Origin: Pseudomonadota bacterium | GTDB taxonomy: Bacteria > Pseudomonadota > Alphaproteobacteria > Rhizobiales > Xanthobacteraceae | Assembly: GCA_023404675.1 (NCBI GenBank) | Contig: JAEYAW010000031.1 | Location: forward strand, 56,427 to 120,426 | Direction: 5' to 3' | DNA length: 64,000 nucleotides | Part shown: piece by piece, positions 9,405 through 20,397 of the stretch | How the letters are laid out: each line of letters begins with the position of its first letter | How positions within the stretch are numbered: the first letter of the stretch is position 1 | Notes under the pieces: model-generated | The model's database searches: none | What the model saw: only the letters and a program-made list of their open reading frames with translations | What the model was told of the DNA's origin: nothing | Program-made: the position numbers and the translations under genes

Positions 9405-10289
9405 ATAAAATCAAGGGCTTAGATGCCTTGGCGGTTGGGTGTCGATAAAATTTATCGCCACCTTGTCGTCAGCGGAAAAGGCCGTCCACCCTTCGGCAGA
9501 CGGCATTGCTGGCGCCTTACCACTCTCCAGCCAGTCGGACGCCCGTTATCTGCTCGCACATATCCGGGAAGCTTCGCCGAGCTGTTCGCGTCGCGGGAGA
9601 TCGTTTCGATCAGCACTGGCCTCCGGGTGCAGATCATGGCGCTCCTCGTCAAACAGCGTACAAGCCGCTGCGATCAAGATCCACGACCGCCCCAAGATGA
9701 AACGCGACGTCCGCGAGGCTTGTCTTGAGCCGATCGCGATCGAGCGGGGCCGCATTATCGCTCATCGGCTCGCCCTCCCCTTCGGCCGCGCCCGCATCAC
9801 GATCTCTTCGCACTTCCTTTGGGGCTCGCTCCGGCCCACCACAGCCGCGCCGCGTAGACGCGGTTGCCGGCCATTGACGGCGGCCGGTGTTTGCGGATCG
9901 GACCTGCGGCCGACTCGCGCCCGTCCTGGTGATACGGGCAACCAGCCCAGGCGAACCCGGACTGTTTGATCGTGAGCGCATGCAATGCCGCCGCGCGCCT
10001 CGTTTTCTTGGGCCTATGGCTGCCTGTGTCGGATGATACTTAGTGTTTCATCTTGCGTGATCATTTGTCGCATGCGGCGATCCGTAGCGCTGTTGATAAG
10101 CACTCGTCACACTGCGCCATCGTGAAAAGAAAATGGCCTTGCTGCGGGAGTTTTTTAGAAACGACACCGCCTCTCGGCGATAGATTGATACCATCGCGGA
10201 GCACTGATCATTAGACGGATTCTACTACAGATATTTGTTTCCCAATGTATCTGCGCCTCTCAGTGAATCTCATTGGGGGCGACGTAGTG

Positions 10290-12761
10290 ATGAAAGCCGG
10301 ACGAGCAGCGAGCGGGAAGACCAGCCAACATGTGGTCGTGACAGACACGGCCCAGACCAAGCCGGCGCGACGCTCCGCGATTCCTTACGCAGCTTTGTCT
10401 GCGGGCATTGCCATCTCGCTCTCCACCGTCGGACAGTCCGCCTTGGCGCAGGAAGCCGCTGGACAGCGCGCCGCGCCTCGGGTGCTGGATGCGATCGAAG
10501 TCACCAGCCCGCGCAATCAGAAGCGGCGCGCCGTTGCGCCCGCAACATCCGCCCCGCGACAGGCTCAGCCGCGGCGCTCGCAGAGCGCGCCCGCAGAGAC
10601 TGTCGGAACACAAGGGCCCGGCGCTCAGCAGACCGGTTATCTCGTTCCGACGGCGTCCTCGCCAAAGCAAACCGCGCCGCTCCTCGACACACCGCAGACC
10701 GTGACCGTTGTGCCGCAGGAGATCATCCGCGAACAGGGCACGCGGACGCTGACCGAAGTGTTGCGCAATACGCCTGGCATCAGCTTCGACGCGGGCGAAA
10801 ACGGCTTCTCGACCTCGACGAACAACTTCAAGCTTCGCGGCTTTGACGGCAGCGCCAACATTTTCTTCGACGGCGCGCGCGATTCCGGAAGCTATACGCG
10901 CGATACCTTCAACGTCGACCGTGTCGAGGTGTTCAAGGGGGCTGCTGCCGACAACGGTCGCGGCGGCGCCGGGGGCTACGTCAACCTCGTGAGCAAGCTG
11001 CCGTGGCTTGCCAACGCGACCTATGGCGATGTGGGCTTCGGTTTCCCTGAAGGCGGCCAGCAGGTGCAGAAGCGCGGCACCATCGATATGAACTACATCG
11101 TCGCGCCGAACACCGCCGTTCGCCTCAATGCGATGGTCGAACAGAGTGGCATTCCCGGCCGTGACCTTGCCGAAAACAAGACCTGGGGCATCGCGCCGTC
11201 GCTTGCCTTCGGTCTCGGCACTGATCTGCGCGCCTACATTTCGTATGAACATCTGACCCGCCGCGACCGTCCCGACTGGGGCGTGCCCGGCGCGATGGTC
11301 AAGGGCATGATCAACTACGATCCAATCGCCGCCCTTGCGTCGCGCAGCAACTTCTACGGCCTGGAATCAGATTTCGACAATGTCGATGCCGATGCTGTGC
11401 TCGGGCGGATCGAATACGACATCGCCAAGAACATCACGATCAGCAACCAGACGCGGTGGTCGACCGTCGATCGCGAGGCGCAATATACCGTGCCGACCGG
11501 CTTCACCCGCGCCACGCTGATGGTCGGAACGCAACGCCAGTTCTACGATCGCCGCAACACGTCGATCTCGAACCTGACGAATCTCTCGGCGTCGTTCAAC
11601 ACCGGTCCGCTTCAGCATCAGCTGGCGGCGGGGCTGGAATTCACCCGCGAAGAATCGAACGCCCTACGGTTCGGCACTCAGAACACCAACACCAACCTAT
11701 TCAGTCCCAACCCCAATCGCGCGATTGCGGCGCCCTTGTCGCCGACCGAGACCAACGGCATCAAGATCGACACTGTCGCGGCTTATGTGTTCGACACGAT
11801 CAAGTTGAACGAGCAGTGGTCGGTGTTGGGCGGTCTGCGCGCCGAGAAGTACAATGTCGATATCGACAGCCGCACCATCGCGGGCCTGCCCGTGGGACTC
11901 AACGCCAGCGAGTCGGAATTCACGCTCGGCGGCAAGGCGGCCATCGTCTACAAGCCGACGCGCGATTCCAGCGTCTACGGTGCGTTCGGCGTTTCGTATC
12001 TGCCGCCCGGATCTTATCTCTCCAATCCGGATATCTCGCGCACCGGTGACAACGCGTTTCCCGGATTCGTCGCGGGCGCCGATCCGACGCGATTCCACAA
12101 CTACGAGATCGGCACCAAGATCGATTTCTTCAACCGTCGCCTGATGACGACGGTGGCGCTCTTCCGCACCGAGAAGCGCAACGCGCCGATAACCGGACGC
12201 GACGTCGGCGAAACGGTGGACAGCCTCAAGGGATATGGCGAGCAGGTGGTCCAGGGCATCGAATTTGGTGCCACAGGTCAGATCACCGATGCCTGGTCGG
12301 TGTTCGGCGGCCTGTTGCTGATGAACAGCGAACGCAACCACTCCGCCTATCTGGACAGCGTGCGCCGGCGGGCGAACCCCGGCGACTATGGCTCGTACCT
12401 CACCACCAGCGGCAACGAACTGGCCTTCACGCCGAATGTGTCCGGCAACCTCTGGACCACCTACAAGTTTATCTCGACAGGGTTGACGTTGGGAGCCGGC
12501 GTGAATTTCGCGACCGAGTCCTATGTCGGGCGTCCCGACGACGCGATTCGTATCATCCCGAACGGTCAGGCCGGAACGATGCCGGGGTACGTCGCCTTCA
12601 ATCTGATGGCGTCTTACGAATTCCGGCAAGGCATCACGTTCCGCTTCAACGTCGATAACGTTGCGGACAACCGCTACGCGATGTCCAGCAACTGGAATGC
12701 CTCCCGCGTCAGCATCGCGCCGGGACGGGTCTATCGGATCAGCAGCAGCTTCAAGTTCTGA
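10290..12761 (+). CDS. TonB-dependent outer-membrane (siderophore-type) receptor
   Basis: Signal peptide ending ...SALAQEA, a plug region (TVTVVPQEIIREQGTRTLTEVLRNTPGISF) and a long beta-barrel ending ...RVYRISSSFKF with a terminal aromatic residue. The start is chosen at the ATG of MKAGRAAS; the track ORF starts at 10245. Confidence 0.9.
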   Translation: MKAGRAASGKTSQHVVVTDTAQTKPARRSAIPYAALSAGIAISLSTVGQSALAQEAAGQRAAPRVLDAIEVTSPRNQKRRAVAPATSAPRQAQPRRSQSAPAETVGTQGPGAQQTGYLVPTASSPKQTAPLLDTPQTVTVVPQEIIREQGTRTLTEVLRNTPGISFDAGENGFSTSTNNFKLRGFDGSANIFFDGARDSGSYTRDTFNVDRVEVFKGAAADNGRGGAGGYVNLVSKLPWLANATYGDVGFGFPEGGQQVQKRGTIDMNYIVAPNTAVRLNAMVEQSGIPGRDLAENKTWGIAPSLAFGLGTDLRAYISYEHLTRRDRPDWGVPGAMVKGMINYDPIAALASRSNFYGLESDFDNVDADAVLGRIEYDIAKNITISNQTRWSTVDREAQYTVPTGFTRATLMVGTQRQFYDRRNTSISNLTNLSASFNTGPLQHQLAAGLEFTREESNALRFGTQNTNTNLFSPNPNRAIAAPLSPTETNGIKIDTVAAYVFDTIKLNEQWSVLGGLRAEKYNVDIDSRTIAGLPVGLNASESEFTLGGKAAIVYKPTRDSSVYGAFGVSYLPPGSYLSNPDISRTGDNAFPGFVAGADPTRFHNYEIGTKIDFFNRRLMTTVALFRTEKRNAPITGRDVGETVDSLKGYGEQVVQGIEFGATGQITDAWSVFGGLLLMNSERNHSAYLDSVRRRANPGDYGSYLTTSGNELAFTPNVSGNLWTTYKFISTGLTLGAGVNFATESYVGRPDDAIRIIPNGQAGTMPGYVAFNLMASYEFRQGITFRFNVDNVADNRYAMSSNWNASRVSIAPGRVYRISSSFKF

Positions 12762-12881
12762 TCCGCAAACTGGGCCTTGCGCTGCGGCGGGTTCGTCTGG
12801 AGCCTGTCGCAGTTGCGTCCAGGGGGCCTGTATCGTTTTGTGCGGCCGCTTGGAGCGCAACTCAGCAGAGGACCGACGACG

Positions 12882-13559
12882 ATGGAGATCATTCCCGACG
12901 TTCTGACGCCCGACGATGTCCGCCAATGCCGCACCCTGCTGGAGAAAGTGTCTTGGCAGGATGGCCGACAGACTGCAGGCCACATCGCGGCCCGGGTCAA
13001 ACACAACCAGCAACCCTTGCAGGACGATCCGGTTGCGGCCGAACTGAGTGCCTTCGTGCTGGAAAAGCTGAGCGCGTGCAGCCGGTTCATGGCCGCGGCG
13101 CTGCCGCTGAAAGTTCTGCCGCCGCGCTTCAACCGCTATGCCGACAGCGGCACCTACGGCGACCACATCGACAACGCAATCTTCGCCGTTCCGGGCGCGG
13201 GAGTGCGCGTGCGCGGCGATCTGTCGGCAACGCTGTTTCTCAGTGAAATCGACGACTACGACGGCGGCGAGTTGCTGATCCGCGGCGAACTGGCGACTCA
13301 TCAGGTGAAGCTGCCGGCGGGTCACATGATCCTGTATCCGGCCAACACGTTCCATCAGGTCACGCCTGTCACCCGCGGCGTGCGGCTGGCATCCTTCTTC
13401 TGGATCCAGAGCCTCGTGCGCGAAGGCAACCGCCGCGCCATGCTGTTGGATCTCGACGACACAATCCAGGATCTTGCCCAGCAGGTGCCGGACAGCGATG
13501 CTCTCGATCGCCTGACCGGCCTCTATCACAATCTGCTCCGCGAATGGTCAGACACCTGA
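12882..13559 (+). CDS. Fe(II)/2-oxoglutarate-dependent PKHD-type hydroxylase (PiuC/YbiX-like)
   Basis: [13 protein letters not shown]..., an HxD motif in YGDHIDNA, and a distal His/Arg in [18 protein letters not shown]. It directly follows a TonB receptor, as in fiu-ybiX and piuA-piuC pairs. Confidence 0.85.
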   Translation: MEIIPDVLTPDDVRQCRTLLEKVSWQDGRQTAGHIAARVKHNQQPLQDDPVAAELSAFVLEKLSACSRFMAAALPLKVLPPRFNRYADSGTYGDHIDNAIFAVPGAGVRVRGDLSATLFLSEIDDYDGGELLIRGELATHQVKLPAGHMILYPANTFHQVTPVTRGVRLASFFWIQSLVREGNRRAMLLDLDDTIQDLAQQVPDSDALDRLTGLYHNLLREWSDT

Positions 13560-13726
13560 GACCAACGACGCCATCAGGTCGGGGCACATCACCGTCGTCC
13601 AACGCCCCGGGAACGATGCGATCTTCGGCAACAATGGTCCAATCGAGCGGTGAAGTGAACTTCGTGAGCGGCTGCGACTCGAAGACCGGAAAGCCGCGCC
13701 CCGTATGATCCACCGTCGAGCAAGCA

Positions 13727-13759
13727 GAGTCCCGGGTTCGAGCCTGATGCGTCCACCCA
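13727..13759 (+). repeat. tRNA 3'-end-like fragment (possible attR remnant of a tRNA-Lys islet)
   Basis: GAGTCCCGGGTTCGAGCCTGATGCGTCCACCCA aligns to the T-arm and acceptor 3' end of the tRNA-Lys gene (9372-9404) at about 27 of 33 positions with 1-2 indels. It has the same orientation and lies 4.3 kb downstream. Confidence 0.4.
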
Positions 13760-13899
13760 GTCTTTCAACGCCGATGAAGACGGAAATCGCGACAGGTATT
13801 GCAGTTTGCCGTTCGTTGTCCCAAGCTGGCCAAATCGACGCCGCAACGCCTCGTTGCCGCGTTAATACCCCCGAATCCGGACGGCCGGGCTTGCGTTGG

Positions 13900-14103
13900 T
13901 CAACCCGGATGTGGCGACACCCAAAATCCCTTCTCCCTGATGCTCAATTCCGCCGCGTCGACCAGCGGCCCCTCCGTCTGGCTGGTCACGAATGACCATC
14001 GTCCAAAATAGAGTGGCGGAAGATTTCGCCCATCGGGATCGAGAGACGCACCGATTCTGCGGCTGGTCAGATCGATGAAGAAATAGAGGCGCATCTTTCG
14101 CAC
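13900..14103 (-). CDS. Hypothetical small protein (weak call)
   Basis: 67-aa ORF in an AT-richer segment, divergent from the methyltransferase gene. No recognisable motif. Confidence 0.2.
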   Translation of the reverse strand: MRKMRLYFFIDLTSRRIGASLDPDGRNLPPLYFGRWSFVTSQTEGPLVDAAELSIREKGFWVSPHPG

Positions 14104-14287
14104 CAGGAATAGGCCCTTGATTGGCGGAAGTCATACCCGCAACCAGAGGTTAGTCAAAAGATTTTGATCAATTTTTAATAATTCCGCCCACAGATAGCTC
14201 GATTGATAAATTTCGCATCAGGAAAAGTAGTAAAATTCGTTGATTTCCTTCACAGGTTGCAATTTCTCTCCCGGATGGAGAGAAACC

Positions 14288-15118
14288 ATGCTGTTTTTCA
14301 ACAAGAAGGAAAACATCAGGCACAGCTCGGCGGCCGAAGCCCATGCGGAGCTATTCAAGCTCGGAGGTGGCGGATGGCCCGATTTCGAGGGGCTGTTGCG
14401 CGATATCTATGTTGCGATCATCCGGCGCGGGGATACCGTTATCGATCTTGGATGCGGTGAAGGAACCCACCTCTTCCAAATGGCTTCCGCCGCCGGCGTG
14501 GAAGGACTTGCTATTGGCGTCGAGGCCGCGGCGCCCGTTTACGAAAAATGCCTGGAAGAGCTTCGCAAGAAGCCGAACCTCCGCCGTGTTGTCGAACTCC
14601 ACAACGTCGCCGTTTCCGACACGATCGGTTTCGACGATTTCGTTTTCGTTCCGAATGCTCCAGGCCTGAGCGGATTCAAACGTCGGCCGGCTGCTTTTCA
14701 ATATGCCGTCGTTGAGGGAAAAGTCCCCACCCTGCCGCTTGATTATCTTTTCGGGGACCGTTGGAAATCGCCATCTTTTATCAAGATGGATCTTTCCGGC
14801 GCGGAATATAAGGCTTTGATCGGTGCAACTCATATCCTTGCATCAAGGCCGATTGTCGCCTTCGAATTCAATCATGAATACCCCGCCTGCTACGGCTTCG
14901 GCGCCGAGGAGTTGATGGCCCGCTTCCGCGAGTACGAGGTTTTCGATCTGCTCGGTTACAAATACGAAGAGCCGCGACAGTTCACCGCGTCTCAGGTCTG
15001 GAATTACATTGCCATTCCCGTCGCCGCCCCGGAGAAGATCAAACGCTCGATCCGGCTTCGAGCGCGGGACTTTCTTCTGTCCTGTTCCCGAGATCATGCG
15101 TCTCTGGCAGCATGGTAA
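14288..15118 (+). CDS. FkbM-family SAM-dependent methyltransferase
   Basis: SAM motif I VIDLGCGEGTH and the FkbM-type block IKMDLSGAEYKALIGA. The ATG at 14288 is preceded by GGAGAG. Visibly lower GC than the flanks. Confidence 0.8.
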   Translation: MLFFNKKENIRHSSAAEAHAELFKLGGGGWPDFEGLLRDIYVAIIRRGDTVIDLGCGEGTHLFQMASAAGVEGLAIGVEAAAPVYEKCLEELRKKPNLRRVVELHNVAVSDTIGFDDFVFVPNAPGLSGFKRRPAAFQYAVVEGKVPTLPLDYLFGDRWKSPSFIKMDLSGAEYKALIGATHILASRPIVAFEFNHEYPACYGFGAEELMARFREYEVFDLLGYKYEEPRQFTASQVWNYIAIPVAAPEKIKRSIRLRARDFLLSCSRDHASLAAW

Positions 15119-15332
15119 TAAATTACTGTAATCTGCTGGGGAAGCCGTCGCATTTTTGAGATGGTCGGGAAATTCGCCGCTGGGCCCGTTCCGGCGAGGA
15201 GGACATCGCCCGCCGAACGTGCCGCTTTGCCGCAGCTTTCGCCGCCGTCCTCTCCGAAATTTAATCGGGTTCGCCACTTTCCGGCCCTTGCCGCGTTCCT
15301 ACATGTGCCGCGCCCTCAAGGAGGAGGACATC

Positions 15333-16193
15333 ATGAACCAGCACGAACGCCAGTTGATCGACGAGCTTTTCGACCGTCTCGCCCGTCTCGAAGGCAATCC
15401 GCGCGATCCAGAGGCCACTGCGGCCATCGCCGAGGGTATGAGACGCGCGCCGAACGCGACTTACGCGCTGGTGCAGACCGTGCTGGTGCAGGACGAAGCC
15501 TTGCGGCAGGCGGAAGCCCGCATTCAGGAGCTTGAGCAGGCGGCGACTCCATCCTCGCGGCAGGAACAGTCCGGGTTCCTCGATTCGATGCGTGACAACC
15601 TGTTCGGACAGGGCGGCGGTCGCGGCTCGGTGCCGCGTGTGCCTCCGCCGCTGCCTCCGGGTGCCGGCGCGGCTCCGTCGTGGAACACAGGCCAGGCGGC
15701 GAACGCCTGGAATGGCGGCGCTCCGGATCCGCGCGCGGCGGGTTCTGACCCCCGCATGGCCGCGGCCGGCGGTATGGGCGGTCCGGCGCCGGGCGGCATG
15801 TTCGGCGGCGGTGGCGGCTCCTTCCTCGGCACGGCGGCGGCGGCGGCTGTCGGCGTGGTCGGCGGCTCGATGCTGATGAACAGCCTGCGCGGCGCGTTCG
15901 GTGGCGGTTCGCACGGAAACGTGCAGAGCCTCGGCGACAGCGCAGGGCTTGGCGGCGATAAGTCGGCGAGCCCGTGGGGCAACACGGCGAACAGCGATCT
16001 CGCCAAGGACGCGGGCGTCAACGACATCGGCTCACAGCGTGGCGACGAGCAGCGCGCGGGCCTGTTCGACGACAACCGGCAGGACGAGGGAGGCTACGGT
16101 CGCGGCGGCGACGGCAGCTACGACACCGCCAGCCATGATGACGACTACGGTCACGATGACGCGTTCGACTACGACGACGGCGATTACGCGTAA
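15333..16193 (+). CDS. DUF2076-type protein (Gly-rich centre, acidic tail)
   Basis: MNQHERQLIDELFDRLARLEGNPRDPEATAAIAEGMRRAPNATYALVQTVLVQDEAL matches the DUF2076 N-terminal pattern. A GGAGGAGG RBS lies upstream. The C-terminus is DDYGHDDAFDYDDGDYA. Confidence 0.8.
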   Translation: MNQHERQLIDELFDRLARLEGNPRDPEATAAIAEGMRRAPNATYALVQTVLVQDEALRQAEARIQELEQAATPSSRQEQSGFLDSMRDNLFGQGGGRGSVPRVPPPLPPGAGAAPSWNTGQAANAWNGGAPDPRAAGSDPRMAAAGGMGGPAPGGMFGGGGGSFLGTAAAAAVGVVGGSMLMNSLRGAFGGGSHGNVQSLGDSAGLGGDKSASPWGNTANSDLAKDAGVNDIGSQRGDEQRAGLFDDNRQDEGGYGRGGDGSYDTASHDDDYGHDDAFDYDDGDYA

Positions 16194-16226
16194 GACAGCG
16201 CGCCCGATCTGACGACTGATCGACAT

Positions 16227-16267
16227 CACCCTGAGTGCCCGGACGAAAGTCCGGGCTCCAAAGGGTG
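16227..16267. terminator. Extended GC hairpin between convergent genes (terminator or REP-like)
   Basis: CACCCT GAGT GCCCGGAC GAAA GTCCGGGC TCCA AGGGTG. There is no U-run, so the function is uncertain. Confidence 0.3.
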
Positions 16268-16358
16268 GTGTCGCGACCCTGTCGCCGCATCCGTCAAGGC
16301 TCGCCGCTGACGCGGCTTCGCGCCTCGCGACGACGCCTCAGCACGTATTGGGCCGCTC

Positions 16359-17849
16359 TTACTTCCCCCAACTGACGCCGTGGCGCGCCAGCACCTCGCG
16401 CACCTTCGCAACCAGTTCGCTCTCGGCGCATGAGAACTGCGCCGGACGTGTCTCGCGCCATTCCTGATTGGAGGCGATGGCGGCGGCGGCCTTCGCGCCC
16501 TCGATCAGATCCTTGATCTGAATCTCGCCGCGGGCCTTCTCGTCCGAGCCCTGAATGATGACGCAGGGCGCGTTCCGCCTGTCCGCATATTTGAGCTGGT
16601 TGCCCATGTTCTTCGGATTGCCGAGATAAAGCTCGGCGCGGATATCGACGCTGCGCAGTGTCGCGACCATCGCCTGATAGTCGGCGAGGCGGTCCCTGTC
16701 GAACACCGTGACGACCACCGGCCCCGGCTCGGGCGAGGTGTCGAGCTGGCCGATCAGCGTCAGCGCCGCCTGCAATCGCGACACGCCAATGGAGAAGCCG
16801 GTGGCGGGCACCGGCTCGCCGCGAAAGCGCGAGACGAGACCATCGTAGCGTCCGCCGCCGCCGACCGAACCGAAGCGCACGGGGCGGCCCTTCTCGTCCT
16901 TCGTCTCGATCAGCAGTTCGACCTCGAACACCGGCCCCGTGTAATATTCCAGGCCGCGCACCACGGACGGATCAATGCGGATGCGATCCGCCTGATAACC
17001 CGCTGCAAGAACCAGCTTCTGAATCTCGTCGAGTTCGCCGCGACCTTCGACGTAGGCCGTGGTGTCGATCTGTGCCACCGTCTGATCCGTCAGGCTTTGC
17101 AGCACGAGCGCGGTCTGCTCCACATTCAGCTCTGCGCCTTTTGTAAAATCGCCCTTGCCTTCCTCGCCGCCGTCCCAGCGACCGGGACCGAGCAGCTTGC
17201 GGATGTCCTCGACTGGAAACTTGTCCATCTTGTCGATGGCGCGCAGCACCGTAAGACGGCGGCCCGCATTGTCGTCGCCGCCGAGCCCGATGGACTCCAT
17301 CACGCCGTCGAGCACCTTGCGGTTGTTGACCTTCACCACATACTGGCCGCGCGGAATGCCGAGCGCCTCCATGGCGTCGGCCGCCATCATGCACATCTCG
17401 GCATCGGCGGCGGGAGAGGCCGAACCCACCGTGTCGGCATCGAACTGCATGAACTGGCGGAAGCGCCCCGGCCCCGGCTTCTCGTTGCGGAATACATAGC
17501 CCGCGCGGTAGCTGCGGTATGGCTTCGGCAGATGATCGAAGTTCTCGGCAACGTAGCGCGCCAGCGGCGCGGTGAGATCGTAGCGCAGCGAGAGCCACTG
17601 CTCGTCGTCGTCCTGAAACGAGAACACGCCCTCGTTCGGCCGGTCCTGATCGGGCAGGAATTTGCCGAGCGCGTCGGTAAACTCGATGGCCGGCGTCTCC
17701 ACCGGCTCGAAGCCGTAGCGCTCATAGACGGTGCGGATCACCTCGGTCATGCGGCGCGTCGCGCCGATCTCGGCCGGCGCGCGGTCGGCGAAGCCGCGCG
17801 GCAGGCGCGCGCGCAGTTTCTGCGGTTTTTTCGATTTCTTGTCGGACAT
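16359..17849 (-). CDS. hisS: Histidine--tRNA ligase
   Basis: Class II motifs [32 protein letters not shown] and [10 protein letters not shown]. The start is at the internal ATG ([10 protein letters not shown]...); the track ORF extends to 18014. Confidence 0.95.
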   Translation of the reverse strand: MSDKKSKKPQKLRARLPRGFADRAPAEIGATRRMTEVIRTVYERYGFEPVETPAIEFTDALGKFLPDQDRPNEGVFSFQDDDEQWLSLRYDLTAPLARYVAENFDHLPKPYRSYRAGYVFRNEKPGPGRFRQFMQFDADTVGSASPAADAEMCMMAADAMEALGIPRGQYVVKVNNRKVLDGVMESIGLGGDDNAGRRLTVLRAIDKMDKFPVEDIRKLLGPGRWDGGEEGKGDFTKGAELNVEQTALVLQSLTDQTVAQIDTTAYVEGRGELDEIQKLVLAAGYQADRIRIDPSVVRGLEYYTGPVFEVELLIETKDEKGRPVRFGSVGGGGRYDGLVSRFRGEPVPATGFSIGVSRLQAALTLIGQLDTSPEPGPVVVTVFDRDRLADYQAMVATLRSVDIRAELYLGNPKNMGNQLKYADRRNAPCVIIQGSDEKARGEIQIKDLIEGAKAAAAIASNQEWRETRPAQFSCAESELVAKVREVLARHGVSWGK

Positions 17850-17922
17850 GGAAAAACAGTGCAAATGCTGAGCTTTGCGCATGGCCCTATCAGGCGGGGG
17901 CCGATGCGGCAAGGCGGGCCAG

Positions 17923-19581
17923 CTAATGCACCAGCACCGCGCCATCGCAGCGCACGCCCGAAACCCAGACATCCGCCTGCCCGAGCCCGACGCCGAGCAG
18001 GCCCAGCACCGCATTGAGAAGCTGGTCGAGCGCGGGCGTCGCCCCGGCCAGAATGCCGGCCACCAGCCCGGTCAGTCCGCCGAGCGGCACCCCAAGCGGG
18101 CCGACCACCACGGTGAGTTCCAGATCGCCGAGCAGGCTGCCGACCAGCGACTGCGTGAAATTAGTGGTGGTGACGGTCTTTTTCGTCAGCGCCTGAATAT
18201 CGGCCGGACTGAACGTCGTCCGCACCGGCGTGGTGTTGCCCATCCCGGCATGCGCCAGCCCTGTCACCTTCACCAGTCCGAGATCGACAAGCGTGGCGGT
18301 CGTCGCAACCGGCTTGGTCTTGAAGTTCGTCATCGCCGACGACGAGATCGTGCCGATCCAGGCATCGACGATGCCGGGCGTCACCGCCAGCGTCGCCGAC
18401 GACCGGGCGGTATCCGGAAAAGCGCAACTGACCGAATCCAGCACGGCGGTCCCGGGCGCGACCTCGACATAGATCGGCAGGTTCACCGCGCTGACCGAGC
18501 CCGAACCGAGCAGTTGCACATTGAGATAGACCCGCGTCTGCGCGGTGTGAGCGCTGGTGCCGTTGGGGCCGACGACAAAGCCTTCCGCATTCACCGGCTT
18601 TTCGCCGATCGTCACCATCAGCGTGACGCCCGCGATGCCCGGCAGACCGACATTCGCGCCCGCTGCGACCTGATTGGCCCCGTTCGCGACCTGCGCGATG
18701 GCGGACAGGATATCGAGCACCGATGCGGAAACGTTGACCTTCGGCTTTTGCCCGACCGGCAGTTGCTCGTAGGGACCAAGGTCGATCAGTTCGCCGGCCT
18801 GGACCGTGGTCGTAATTCCGGCGAGCGCCAGCGAAATATTGGTCAGCGCGGTGGTCGCCTGATTGACGCCGCCGACCAGCTTCTGAACCGAAAGCAGCGC
18901 ATTGACGACCTCGGGCAGCTTGAGGTTGGCCGCCAGCACCTGCTCATAATTCCCCGCGGTCAGATTGGCCTTGATCGCCAGTGCGTTGATGAAATCGAGC
19001 AGATCGACCTTGGCGTTGAGCAGCGCCTGATAATCCATCACGGAGAGCGAGAGCGATGTCCCGAGCAAGGTGCCGAGCAGCGAGTTGACGATCCCGCCAT
19101 TCAGCGCAGCAAGCCGCGAGCCGATCGCAAAGGATGCGACCTGCGTGCTGCTGGCGGTGGCCGAGGCCTGGACATCGAAGTTGTCGGTCCCGGTCAGCAG
19201 GCGTCCGAAAAACAGCGGCGTCTTCGTTCGCAGGGTGATCCGCGCGGCATTGGGGGAGGCCCCACCTAACACGAAGCGGGACTGCGGGCCGATGCTGGCA
19301 TCCGGCTTGTAGACGCCCAGCTCGACGGCCGAAAGCGCGTCGGCCGACAGGCCGTTGCTCGTCACGGTCGCGCGGGCCGCGTTGGCGGCGTTGGAGATAT
19401 TGCTGGCGGCGACGATTGCCGCGAGATCGGCGGCGCTCTGCACCTTGCGCCTGTCCGCGAAAACAGTCCCGACATCCACACCCAGCGCGGCGAAGCCGCA
19501 CAGCATGACCATCGTCACGGCCGACATGATCGCGATGTTGCCGCGCTGATCCTCACGGAATCGTCGCGCGATCCGCAACAT
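17923..19581 (-). CDS. TadG-like pilus-assembly family protein (Tad N-terminal domain)
   Basis: [38 protein letters not shown] is the TadE/G-like N-terminal membrane segment. The remaining ~500 aa are rich in A/G/T/V/L/N with no vWA motif seen. The start ATG at 19581 lies 2 nt after the TadE-like stop. Confidence 0.7.
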   Translation of the reverse strand: MLRIARRFREDQRGNIAIMSAVTMVMLCGFAALGVDVGTVFADRRKVQSAADLAAIVAASNISNAANAARATVTSNGLSADALSAVELGVYKPDASIGPQSRFVLGGASPNAARITLRTKTPLFFGRLLTGTDNFDVQASATASSTQVASFAIGSRLAALNGGIVNSLLGTLLGTSLSLSVMDYQALLNAKVDLLDFINALAIKANLTAGNYEQVLAANLKLPEVVNALLSVQKLVGGVNQATTALTNISLALAGITTTVQAGELIDLGPYEQLPVGQKPKVNVSASVLDILSAIAQVANGANQVAAGANVGLPGIAGVTLMVTIGEKPVNAEGFVVGPNGTSAHTAQTRVYLNVQLLGSGSVSAVNLPIYVEVAPGTAVLDSVSCAFPDTARSSATLAVTPGIVDAWIGTISSSAMTNFKTKPVATTATLVDLGLVKVTGLAHAGMGNTTPVRTTFSPADIQALTKKTVTTTNFTQSLVGSLLGDLELTVVVGPLGVPLGGLTGLVAGILAGATPALDQLLNAVLGLLGVGLGQADVWVSGVRCDGAVLVH

Positions 19582-19583
19582 TG

Positions 19584-20012
19584 CTAAAAGCCTCCATAAG
19601 GCACGACAGCCGACCGGGTGATGGTCGTCGACGGCGGCGTCACGACCTGGGGCAACACGCTGTAGATAAACATGTCGGAAGCGTCGTAGCGCGCGGTGAC
19701 CACAAAAGCTGTGCCGCCCGAACTCGCGGCCTCGATCGTCAGATTGGCCGGCGCGATCAGCGGGTAACTGCCGACGTTCGCTGTGACATAATCGCGGGCC
19801 AACGAAACGCGCTCGGTCTCGCTGAGGCCCGCGACCGACGAACGGGCCGCTTCCGCGGCGAGCTGCTGCACGCCATGGGCTGTTGCGAGCCAGGAGCCAT
19901 AGGCAACAATGCCGAACATCAGGGCGATGAAAAAAGGCACGAGTAACGCGAACTCGACGGCCGAGGCGCCATCCGTGCAGGCCAAAATCCTTTTGTGCCT
20001 CAGATCGCTCAT
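19584..20012 (-). CDS. TadE/TadF-like pseudopilin family protein
   Basis: DGASAVEFALLVPFFIALMFGIVAYG is the TadE-domain signature. The start is taken at MSDLRHKR; the track ORF extends to 20075. Confidence 0.75.
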   Translation of the reverse strand: MSDLRHKRILACTDGASAVEFALLVPFFIALMFGIVAYGSWLATAHGVQQLAAEAARSSVAGLSETERVSLARDYVTANVGSYPLIAPANLTIEAASSGGTAFVVTARYDASDMFIYSVLPQVVTPPSTTITRSAVVPYGGF

Positions 20013-20397
20013 GGTAGGAGTGCACCATGCAATCGTAAATTGAATGTTACTCTTTAACACCACATCGCCATGCACTTACCTGTGCGCATTGCAGCATGAG
20101 TTCCCGAAATACGGGAATCGTCCGGTGGACGGGCATTTCCGGGTCGTTGGTAAATTGCTAACCTATTCGGGCTTTCGCCACGCACCATGGCCAGAGGGCG
20201 CTGACGGGGCCGGTCCTGCCTGTCTCCGGTCGCGTCGCAACCCCCGACAGGCGGCATTGCTCGCGGGGAGAAAGATGGCGCGGCCGCGCCGTAATTGCCG
20301 TGGCATAGGAATGCCGGGATAAAGTTCCGGGTCACGATACAAGGTGATATCGAATCAGCGATGATGGCATGAAGTTGGCCGGCGTGCGGCCGGACAG

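Noticed and set aside
9452-9981. Overlapping minus-strand ORF pieces next to tRNA-Lys (MSDNAAPLDRDRLKTSLADVAFHLG... continuing in other frames) that could be a frameshifted pseudogene or integrase remnant.
   Set aside because: There is no recognisable integrase or other family motif. Joining the pieces needs at least two frameshifts chosen by eye. I kept it only as context for the islet hypothesis.
20013-20397. Search for a short Flp-type pilin ORF upstream of the TadE-like gene.
   Set aside because: No reading frame encodes the G-[AS]-T-A-I-E-Y-type Flp motif in either orientation by eye. ORFs under 60 aa are absent from the track, so this negative result is weak.
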